NCBI GenBank assembly: GCA_030141605.1
Contig: JAQGDQ010002135.1
Span: forward strand, 1-13,602
Reading direction: 5' to 3'
Origin: Tubiluchus corallicola
Lineage: Eukaryota > Animalia > Priapulida
Length of the DNA stretch: 13,602 nt
The notes below the pieces were generated by a model that was not told the DNA's origin, did no database searches, and saw only the letters and a list, made by a program, of their open reading frames with translations. Shown piece by piece: positions 1 through 9,382 of this stretch. Each line of letters starts with the position of its first letter. Within the stretch, counting starts at the first letter, position 1. The translations under genes and the position numbers were made by a program.

Positions 1-597
1 GAAAAGCGACACAGTCCTTTGAAACGGCTCTCGAACAATAACAAGGAATTTAGCATCAGGGAGATCTTTCCTTATCTTTTCTAGCACACCTGAAGTAAAC
101 ACATAATTTGGATTTTTTTCTATGGTAATTTGTTCATTCGTCGAGCATGGCATGGCTTCTCTGTACCATTCTAAACCTTTATCATAGTGACGGTTAAAGT
201 AATGCACCTCTACTGGTTGCCAATCTCGGACAGCTATACTTGGATGAAGTTTCAACATTGCCTGCAGGGCAAAGGTCCCACATTTTCCAAATCCGATTAT
301 AATGCACTGAGGTAATCGCCGCTGAGTGCCAGGTTTGCATCTCTTTCTCTGACTTAATTTGTACTCAGCATACCTTTTCTCAATATCCTGAGTAGAATCA
401 CGAGAAGCCGTAGATGAATTTGCACTACTTTTTACTGAAAGTTTTTTAGTTGGTTCTTGGGGGACACGATTCACGGATAACAAAAAAGTTTTTGCAAAAA
501 ATATACAACAGAATGCTAGTACTATCGCAAACACTACTTTTGCGGCGGAAACACTGATAATCTGTGGACATTTTCTGCTTTCAATACACTGAAACAT
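1..597 (-). CDS. HS3ST: Heparan sulfate glucosamine 3-O-sulfotransferase-like protein (HS3ST1/HS3ST5-like), N-terminal 199 codons, truncated by the window edge
   Basis: Manual translation from ATG at 597, which is preceded in frame by TAG TGC AGG: MFQCIESRKCPQIISVSAAKVVFAIVLAFCCIFFAKTFLLSVNRVPQEPTKKLSVKSSANSSTASRDSTQDIEKRYAEYKLSQRKRCKPGTQRRLPQCIIIGFGKCGTFALQAMLKLHPSIAVRDWQPVEVHYFNRHYDKGLEWYREAMPCSTNEQITIEKNPNYVFTSGVLEKIRKDLPDAKFLVIVREPFQRTVSLF, with no stop. It has a signal-anchor TM (aa ~21-40), a Ser/Thr-rich stem, the 5'-PSB loop (RLPQCIIIGFGKCGT), EVHYF, GLEWY..MP, TIEKxPxY and the 3'-PB motif (IVREPFQRTVS), all in HS3ST order. Confidence 0.93.
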   Translation of the reverse strand, partial: MFQCIESRKCPQIISVSAAKVVFAIVLAFCCIFFAKTFLLSVNRVPQEPTKKLSVKSSANSSTASRDSTQDIEKRYAEYKLSQRKRCKPGTQRRLPQCIIIGFGKCGTFALQAMLKLHPSIAVRDWQPVEVHYFNRHYDKGLEWYREAMPCSTNEQITIEKNPNYVFTSGVLEKIRKDLPDAKFLVIVREPFQRTVSLF

Positions 598-2648
598 CCT
601 GCACTATTGTTCTGTTCTTCTGGTTGACGCTTCTCCAAATTAGCAATTTGAAGAACATGGTAATATTAAACCGTCGCCTGTGGCAACAGGCTTGTACTTT
701 CTGTTTGTCGACAGGCAAAGTCCGCTAGCCTCATGGTATATATTGCAAATATAAAATGATTTGTTTAGTGTCTGTAAATCTTAATGTTTGCTGTGTGTGT
801 AGTATTTTATATATGTATAGTGATACCGTCTATGGTGCCCACGATTCATAATTTATGATTAACAAAAAAATAATAATAAATAAAAAAATAAAAAAGTAAA
901 ATGAAACACTTAACAACACACTGAAATGAAATACAAACCAAGTTGAGCAAACCAGAGTTCAGTTGATCACAACCGATTCAACAACTTAATAACAGAACCC
1001 AAGAAAAACAAGAATCCTGAACCTGATCAAGGCTGAGAACACAACGACCTCGAGTCTACGAGAGCAGGTTCCACGCTCGAAAAAATTGGAAGAAAAAACT
1101 AAGCTCTGATTGGTCGACGCAAGGTCACATATGATACTACATTATCATGAAGCCTGCGATTTAAATTTTTCATTCCAAAACGGTTTAATCCTGCGCCCGC
1201 CACAATATGTTCAGTTTAAATCTTATTGTTCAACTTTTTACTTTTAATTTTGTTACTATTAGGAATTAAAAGCGGCCTACTGTTTTGCTTTGACGAAGTT
1301 TTTTTCTTACCGTAGGGGGGCACCACAGCATGTAGAATATGTACTGAAAATGGCTGTGATCATTTTGAAGTCATTTTACGCAAAATGTTCCTAAAAGAAT
1401 GTAAAGACTACAATTGGTGTAATGCAAATCTAGTCTCATTGCCCTCCATCAACGCTAATATACGACTGGATAAACATGTAATATATTTATGGTCAAATAG
1501 ATGTCGCCACAGGTATCAATGTGTAAATTTTGGTGTGAACCCTAAACAAATTGTTAATACACCTATTAAAGGAAAACCGGGTGATTGTTTAAACACGAGC
1601 TCAGAATAAAAAATGCTCTAAAATATTGAAAACTACATTAGTTTTTTTAAATCAAAGCTTAGATTAAATAATACTTTCCTCGGATACTCAAATTTCTTTA
1701 AACTTTCAAAGCTCAGTGAATCTACTAAGATTGACAACGGCACCTTTTTCTCACATTCGCGTGGCCGACAAATAGAAGGCGGTACTGTGATAACCATGAT
1801 CATGAACTGCTGTGTTAGTTTCTGACGTTATATGATGTAGAACCCATTCTTCGTGACATCATGCGTTTAAACAGTTCTGTAACACTTATGCAGACGTGCT
1901 TGATGCGCAAGGGAAGACGCCTGCAATTGCGCAAACTGTGGTTAGTTTCTGAGGTAAGCAATAGCTGCCGTTAATTAACTTTCTAAACTAATTATTCAAA
2001 TATAAGGAACAATTGCTAACTTTTATAGGCAAGAAAATGTATAGTTTGGACAGTAAATAAAAAAGAAATTGAGCAATTATTCTCTCAGCATAAATTTTAT
2101 TAAGAATTCAATTGTTTCGTCAGGATTTTTCATTCACAAGTACTCGGTAATGCAATTCGTTAAAGGAAAACATGATGATTTTTCATATCCTACGCCATTT
2201 TTTAAATAAAAATTTAAAATTCAAATTGTGTAACACAATTTTCATCATAGGAGGTTGCATTTTGCGTGCATAGACAGTACGGACTATTGTGCTTCCACAA
2301 CAGAAAGCGATGAAGGCGGAATTTTCATTTTACCAATTTTCTACGACCATCAAACGCATCATACCCGTTTTTAACATGGATCGGTGACTTGTAATAAAGT
2401 CTCAAGAAAAAAGTTTCGAAAAAAGCCACAATTGTGGCTAGGAAAAAGGTCATAATTAATTTTGGCTAGGGTTGTAAGTTAAGGTTAGTGTACTGGACAG
2501 TGCTGCCACCTCTTGAGGCTAGCAGGCAGTTACCTCAACTTACCTGTCAGGTGAATTCATGGTACGTGACTTTAGGTACTGGCTTTGTGAACTGCTGGAA
2601 ACACTTAGCCTTGATATGTGGGCTTGGTCTCATGTGACTTGTAAAAAC

Positions 2649-5270
2649 GTGTTGTTGAGTTAATTAAATTATTGTTAATTAAATGTGTTTGTTGAGTTAA
2701 TTAAATTATTGTTAATTAAATGTGCTTGTTGAGTTAATTAAATTATTGTTAATTAAATGTGTTTGTTGAGTTAATTAAAGTATTGTTAAATAAATGTGTT
2801 TGTTGAGTTAATTAAATTATTGTTAATTAAATGTGTTTGTTAAGTTAATTAAATTATTGTTAATTAAATGTGCTTGTTGAGTTAATTAAATTATTGTTAA
2901 TTAAATGTGTTTGTTGAGTTAATTAAAGTATTGTTAAATAAATGTGTTTGTTGAGTTAATTAAATTATTGTTAATTAAATGTGCTTGTTGAGTTAATAAT
3001 ATTATTGTTAATTAAATGTGTTTGTTGAGTTAATTAAATTATTGTTAATTAAATGTGTTTGTTGAGTTAATTAAATTATCGTTAATTAAATGTGCTTGTT
3101 GGGTTAATTAAATTATTGTTAATTAAATGTGTTTGTTGAGTTAATTAAAGTACTGTAATTAAATGTATTTGTTGAGTTAATTAAATTATTGTTAATTAAA
3201 TGTGCTTGTTGAGTTAATTAAATTTTTGTTAATTAAATGTGTTTGTTGAGTTAATTAAATTATTGTTAATTAAATGTGTTTGTTGAGTTAATTAAATTAT
3301 TGTTAATTAAATGTGCTTGTTGAGTTAATTAAATTATTATTAATTAAATGTGTTTGTTGAGTTAATTAAATTATTGTTAATTAAATGTGTTTGTTGAGTT
3401 AATTAAATTATTGTAAATTAAATGTGTTTGTTGAGTTAATTAAATTATTGTTAATTAAATGTGTTTGTTGAGTTAATTAAATGTGTTTGTTGAGTTAATT
3501 AAAGTATTGTTAATTAAATGTGTTTGTTGAGTTAATTAAATTATTGTTAATTAAATGTGTTTGTTGAGTTAATTAAATTATTGTTATTTAAATGTGCTTG
3601 TTGAGTTAATTAAATTATTGTTAATTAAATGTGTTTGTTGAGTTAATTAAAGTATTGTTAAATAAATGTGTTTGTTGACTTAATTAAAATATTGTTAATT
3701 AAATGTGTTTGTTGAGTTAATTAAATTATTGTTAATTAAATGTGCTTGTTGACTTAATTAAAATATTGTTAATTAAATGTGTTTGTTGAGTTAAATAAAT
3801 TATTGTTAATTAAATGTGTTTGTTGAGTTAATTAAATTATTGTTAATTAAATGTGTTTGTTGAGTTAATTAAATTATCGTTAATTAAATGTGCTTGGTGA
3901 GTTAATTAAATTATTTTTAATTAAATGTGTTTGTTGAGCCAATTAAATTATTGTTAATTAAATGTGTTTGTTGAGTTAATAAAATTATTGTTAATTAAAT
4001 GTGTTTGTTGAGTTAATTAAATTATTGAAAATTAAATGTGTTTGTTGAGTTAATTAAATTATTGTTAATTAAATGTGTTTGTTGAGTTAATTAAATTATT
4101 GAAAATTAAATGTGTTTGTTGAGTTAATTAAATTATTGTAAATTAAATGTGTTTGTTGGGTTAATTAAATTATTGTTAATTAAATGTGTTTGTTGAGTTA
4201 ATTAAATTATCGTTAATTAAATGTGCTTGTTGGGTTAATTAAATTATTGTTAATTAAATGTGTTTGTTGAGTTAATTAAAGTACTGTAATTAAATGTATT
4301 TGTTGAGTTAATTAAATTATTGTTAATTAAATGTGCTTGTTGAGTTAATTAAATTTTTGTTAATTAAATGTGTTTGTTGAGTTAATTAAATTATTGTTAA
4401 TTAAATGTGTTTGTTGAGTTAATTAAATTATTGTTAATTAAATGTGCTTGTTGAGTTAATTAAATTATTATTAATTAAATGTGTTTGTTGAGTTAATTAA
4501 ATTATTGTTAATTAAATGTGTTTGTTGAGTTAATTAAATGTGTTTGTTGAGTTAATTAAATTATTGTAAATTAAATGTGTTTGTTGAGTTAATTAAATTA
4601 TTGTTAATTAAATGTGCTTGTTGAGTTAATTAAATTATTGTTAATTAAATGTGCTTGTTGACTTAATTAAAATATTGTTAATTAAATGTGCTTGTTGAGT
4701 TAATTCAATTATTGTTAATTAAATGTGTTTGTTGAGTTAAATAAATTATTGTTAATTAAATGTGTTTGTTGAGTTAATTAAATTATTGTTAATTAAATGT
4801 GTTTGTTGAGTTAATTAAATTATCGTTAATTAAATGTGCTTGGTGAGTTAATTAAATTATTTTTAATTAAATGTGTTTGTTGAGCCAATTAAATTATTGT
4901 TAATTAAATGTGTTTGTTGAGTTAATAAAATTATTGTTAATTAAATGTGTTTGTTAAGTTAATTAAATTATTGTTAATTAAATGTGTTTGTTGAGTTAAT
5001 TAAATTATTGTTATTTAAATGTGCTTGTTGAGTTAAATAAATTATTGTTAATTAAATGTGTTTGTTGAGTTAATTAAATTATTGTTAATTAAATGTGCTT
5101 GTTGAGTTAATTAAATTATTGTTAATTAAATGTGTTTGTTGAGTTAATTAAATTATTGTTAATTAAATGTTTTTGTTGAGTTAATTAAATTATTGTTAAT
5201 TAAATGTGCTTGGTGAGTTAATTAAATTATTTTTAATTAAATGTGTTTGTTGAGTTAATTAAATTATTGT
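2649..5270. repeat. 37-bp tandem satellite, ~70 copies, consensus TGTGTTTGTTGAGTTAATTAAATTATTGTTAATTAAA
   Basis: GTTGAGTTAA recurs at 2654 and 2691 (period 37) and throughout. Each unit has two TTAATTAA palindromes. Occasional 22-bp truncated units occur (~3461, ~4518). Confidence 0.98.
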
Positions 5271-5430
5271 TTCTCGGAGTCAGAGTCTCCTGCAATTGGT
5301 GTTTAGGGTTAACCTGTTGTTACAGTTGGGGATCACAGAGTGATAGAGCAAAGGGATAAAAAGGCAAACTCATAATGTTGATGCAATTTTTTATTAAATT
5401 TCAAATCCAAAAATACAGAAGGAGCCACTG

Positions 5431-5708
5431 TAGATAGTCGCCGACATACGAACACAGTCAGTTCAAGTTGATTAGTCGTAAGTTGAACCTTTATGTTCAT
5501 GTAAGGTACTTTTTGCATACGCGCATCAAATATGGCTGTGGCTACAAATGAATTTATCGAAATAGATACCGATTTAAAAGTAACTTGCTTAAAAACAAAA
5601 GCAAATATGAGTTATAATTAGTTTCGTATAATTAACTAATTAACTTTTGATCGTGTTGTAAAGTCGAGCAGTCATAAGTTATACAGGTCGTAAGTTGACG
5701 ACTACCCT
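5431..5708. mobile_element. Degraded Tc1/mariner-superfamily (pogo/Tigger-like) MITE
   Basis: Imperfect TIRs: AGATAGTCGCCGACATACGA (5432-5451) versus reverse complement of 5688-5707, GGGTAGTCGTCAACTTACGA (15/20 identical). This resembles CAGGTAGTCCTCGACTTACGA-type Tigger ends. Internal GTCGTAAGTTGA-like subterminal repeats are present. Flanked by TA on the right and TG on the left. Confidence 0.6.
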
Positions 5709-5722
5709 TACAATGTTGATTG

Positions 5723-6265
5723 CTTGCATAACAAAATCATGCATAAGTCGGCAATTAAACTTTTCTAGTTATTCATGTATCCTGAATCTCCGTTTCATGA
5801 GAATCATTTTGATACCAAGTTCATCGCTCTATTTTATTTCTAAGCTGAGATAATCCACGTTGAAGTTGATGGTTGCTATGGACTTTGCAAGAGCTCATTG
5901 AAGTTGTGTTTATATCCAGTAGATGGCTCTTCCTGAAGAGGATCTGGGCTTGGCAGCAGAAAAAACCTAAGCAAAATGGCTACTGCATGAGCTACTATCG
6001 GAGTTTGAAAATACAAGTTTTTTTACATTTGTAGTCCTAAGTTTCTAGACAGTAAAGTGGGTAAGGGGTCATAAAATTAAATTTTTATTTTTTTAAACAT
6101 TTTTTGTTAATTTCATGCTAGAATATAAAAGTCCAATATATTAAAAGGGTTTGTTTTTATAAAAATGGAAATTTCACATTTGACCAAATTTTTGGTGCAT
6201 TCTGCTTTGAAGCATCATAACGTAGTTTTAAATATGCCGACTTATGAACGGTTTTGGTTTGCAAG
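5723..6265. mobile_element. Non-autonomous DNA transposon / MITE-like element with 31-bp inverted repeats
   Basis: 5723-5753 CTTGCATAACAAAATCATGCATAAGTCGGCA versus reverse complement of 6235-6265, CTTGCAAACCAAAACCGTTCATAAGTCGGCA: 26/31 identical, no gaps. No coding capacity inside. True ends and TSD not resolved. Confidence 0.7.
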
Positions 6266-6949
6266 TAAAAACTGTTGCCTATTACGCTGTATATCTTTTA
6301 ATCCCAGTGCAAGCTTGAGTGCAAGAGTTCATAGTCACATATTCAATAGTATTGCGCAAAATATATTCTGTAATCTCTCAGTACTGAATATTGCACAATA
6401 CTATAGAGTAACTATGACTATGACTATGTCTATGATTATGAATTTACTTTTAAACATCAAGAAATACAATATCAAACACATCAATAAATTGAAAATAAAA
6501 TAATTTAAGTAGTACGATGTACGGTGATACCATCGTCAGCGGAAATTAAAATTTCTAATCGTACACTAAAACTATGGTGCTTTCATTGTTAATTTTATTT
6601 TTGCTAAAATAATAGAAAACTTTGCAAAAACAAAAATTAAAAATCCATATACATTGATGTAAATAACAACACAAGTGTTATAGTACCATTTTCTGCAATT
6701 TGCGTTGGTTTGACATTAGCATAAAATAGAGCTATTGAATGCAGGAACTAAATATATATGTATAATGGAATAATATGGAATATATATCCATACGTATATG
6801 GAATATATACATATTCCAAGTCAGTTGCACATATCTTTTTTTCATCAATTTATTCATTGTTTAAGTATTTTTTATATATTTATTTATAGTTAATCCCAAC
6901 CAGAGAAGCCAATATAACCCAAGCCACATTATAAAAGTGCTTCACTAAT

Positions 6950-7995
6950 TCACAGCACACCACACCACACTACATCGTACCTCACAGTGCAACACTACAC
7001 CACACTACATCGTACCTCACAGTACAACACTACATCACACTACATCGTACCTCACAGTACAACACTACACCACACTACATCGTACCTCACAGTACAACAC
7101 TACACCACACTACATCGTACCTCACAGTACAACACTACATCGTACCTCACAGTACAACACTACATCGTACCTCACAGTACAACACTACACCACACTACAT
7201 CGTACCTCACAGTACAACACTACACCACACTACATCGTACCTCACAGTACAACACTACATCACACCACATCGTACCTCACAGTACAACACTACATCGTAC
7301 CTCACAGTACAACACTACATCGTACCTCACAGTACAACACTACATCACACTACATCGTACCTCACAGTACAACACTACATCACACCACATCGTACCTCAC
7401 AGTACAACACTACATCACACCACATCGTACCTCACAGTACAACACTACATCGTACCTCACAGTACAACACTACATCGTACCTCACAGTACAACACTACAT
7501 CACACTACATCGTACCTCACAGTACAACACTACATCACACCACATCGTACCTCACAGTACAACACTACATCACACCACATCGTACCTCACAGTACAACAC
7601 TACATCGTACCTCACAGTACAACACTACATCGTACCTCACAGTACAACACTACATCACACTACATCGTACCTCACAGTACAACACTACATCACACCACAT
7701 CGTACCTCACAGTACAACACTACATCACACCACATCGTACCTCACAGTACAACACTACATCGTACCTCATCAGTACATACACATGACATGCAGTACCATC
7801 ATCAGTATCATACACTTACCATGCACACTACATCGTACCTCACAGTACAACACTACATCACACACACTATCGTACCATCACAGTATCATACACTACAGTC
7901 ACACTCAGCTATGCCGTACCTACACAGTACAACATCTAACATCGTACCTCACAGTACAACACTACATCGTACCTCACAGTACGAAACACTACATC
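6950..7995. repeat. Minisatellite of 25-bp (CACTACATCGTACCTCACAGTACAA) and 35-bp variants with a 155-bp higher-order repeat; degenerate after ~7770
   Basis: The anchor CGTACCTCA occurs at 6976, 7011, 7046, 7081, 7116, 7141, 7166, 7201, 7236, 7271, 7296, 7321, 7356, 7391, 7426, 7451, 7476, 7511, 7546, 7581, 7606, 7631, 7666, 7701, 7736 and 7761. Confidence 0.98.
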
Positions 7996-8332
7996 AAACC
8001 AGCCAAAACCAATCAGAACCAAAACTAATAAAATTTTACGAAAGAATTAACTAATAAAATTTATAAATTGATAGTAACTATTCAGTAATTATGCGAAGGA
8101 CTGCAAAATCTGTCATAGAATACGTACAAACAAAGACCAAACATTTCCTTCTAACTTAAAACAATTTTCAAAAATTATTCTTTTTGTAAGATTAACCACA
8201 AGACAGGGAAGCTGGCAGATATCATAAAAATACAGAAAACTCCTCAGTTAGACGCAAACCAAAAATCAAATTGTTATACATCTACAATTGTTATACATTA
8301 AATACAATACAATCTACTTTAGTAGGATCATC

Positions 8333-8705
8333 TGTTACGACACTTTCTAGAAAAAAATTTATCTTACAATGTGTTGTGTTTTGTTTCTCTCGTAGAGAAA
8401 ACCAGAAAACACGTCGTCAAATTAAACTACTATACGAGAATTCTACAACACAAAAGTATGAAGGAACGCGAAATGTATACAGTAAATGTGATCATCTGGA
8501 AACGTGAAAGCGTATCTGAGAATACGAGGATACAAGAGAATGTGAGAGAATGAACTCCAGCGGCCAGCTCCGCCTTATTTATCAGTGCCAGGGAACAATC
8601 TAGAAATAGAAAGTTCTAGAAACTTCTACAAGGTAAGAAGATTGTTCTACTATACTATAGAACGATCTACAGTATTCTACTTAATTCTAATGGACCTCCA
8701 CAACA
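8333..8705 (-). mobile_element. Probable solo LTR of an LTR retrotransposon (373 bp)
   Basis: Bounded by TGTTA...CAACA (minus strand TGTTGTGG...TCGTAACA), the canonical TG..CA ends. It carries an internal HSE, TATA-like and Inr set oriented on the minus strand. The flanks (CATC left, CAAT right) do not form a clean TSD. Confidence 0.55.
8548..8627 (-). promoter_or_regulatory. Heat-shock element, TATA-like box and initiator
   Basis: 8608-8627 aGAAa gTTCt aGAAa cTTCt is four perfect alternating nGAAn units. Minus-strand GATAAATAAGG lies at 8583-8573. Minus-strand Inr-like TCATTC has its A at 8551, ~31 nt downstream of the TATA-like box. Confidence 0.6.
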
Positions 8706-8952
8706 CAATGTGTGTTTGAAATCAGATCAATGTTAATTCAACAGTAAGATAAAGGCACCTGAAGTTTCTGAAACAGCAGAATTTTCATTGTTGAGACTGA
8801 AAATCTTCTAATTCTGCAATTTTAGAAACTCGTTACAAAGTTGAAGTACTACAAAACTCTACTATTATCTGCAGTTTTAGATGTGCTATTTTTTTGCTTC
8901 TCTGATGTTTGCAGTATCGATATCATAATCACATCAAAACTAAAACTTATAT

Positions 8953-9382
8953 TTAAAACTCGGGACAACTGAGTAAGTATTTTTTTACTTGTGCTGTCAA
9001 CCCTCCGTGGAAGGTTCCAGTATTAATTTCACACCATGAAAATACATTTCCGCCGCCTGCATAACAGTTTTCATACAACTGATTTATCTGAGCGGATGTA
9101 AGTTCATAGTCGTAGAAGTTTACTCCAGTTATTTTCCCAACAAATGAATCATCAGCGTCGAATTCTCCAACTGGGTATGAATCAGAATCTTGTCCTATCA
9201 CCAGCGTGCCGCTGCGATCAGCTACTTCATTAGCTGTATCATCATTTGAGCCTGAATATTCCAAAGATCCGTTTAGGTAAAGCTTGTGACCTCCAGATCC
9301 TGTCTTCCATGTCAAACAGAAATGGTGCCAATTGCGATCATGTAATTCTCTAAGTGAATCAGAGTAAATGTAATCTTTATCC
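8953..9382 (-). CDS. Pentraxin-domain protein, probable last coding exon
   Basis: Acceptor TTTTTCAG|G at 9384-9383, phase 2. Encodes (G)DKDYIYSDSLRELHDRNWHHFCLTWKTGSGGHKLYLNG...LVIGQDSDSYPVGEFDADDSFVGKITGVNFYDYELTSAQINQLYENCYAGGGNVFSWCEINTGTFHGGLTAQVKKYLLSCPEF*, with TAA at 8955-8953. HFCLTWKT matches the pentraxin signature H-x-C-x-[ST]-W-x-[ST]. Confidence 0.92.

Noticed and set aside
1308-1326. CTCF-like motif CCGTAGGGGGGCACCA
   Set aside because: Partial match only and cannot be supported without PWM scoring or ChIP data.
1385-1609. 74-aa ORF and other short ORFs (5333, 6165, 8271, 8371, 9783, 10552, 11582-12278, 13308)
   Set aside because: They show no recognisable motifs. Several overlap transposon remnants or lie antisense within introns.
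2461-2490. TTAGGG-like motifs flanking the satellite (also ~5303) as telomeric or Helentron signatures
   Set aside because: Only isolated, degenerate single copies are present, with no array or terminal hairpin identified.
2649-5270. 37-bp palindromic repeat as a CRISPR direct repeat
   Set aside because: The units are head-to-tail with no spacers.
5925-5970. CTGAAGAG...GAAA as a Penelope-type hammerhead ribozyme core
   Set aside because: I could not form convincing stems II and III, and the motif lies inside the TIR element.
6950-7995. CRISPR-like array (constant 25-bp repeat with variable inserts)
   Set aside because: The inserts are only 0 or 10 bp and are copies of the repeat's own pentamers, not unique spacers. 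There are no cas genes and the context is eukaryotic.
6987-8054. 355-aa and 81-aa ORFs as protein-coding genes
   Set aside because: They are translations of a stop-free minisatellite, with a GTG start for the long ORF, unit lengths not multiples of 3, and no domain.
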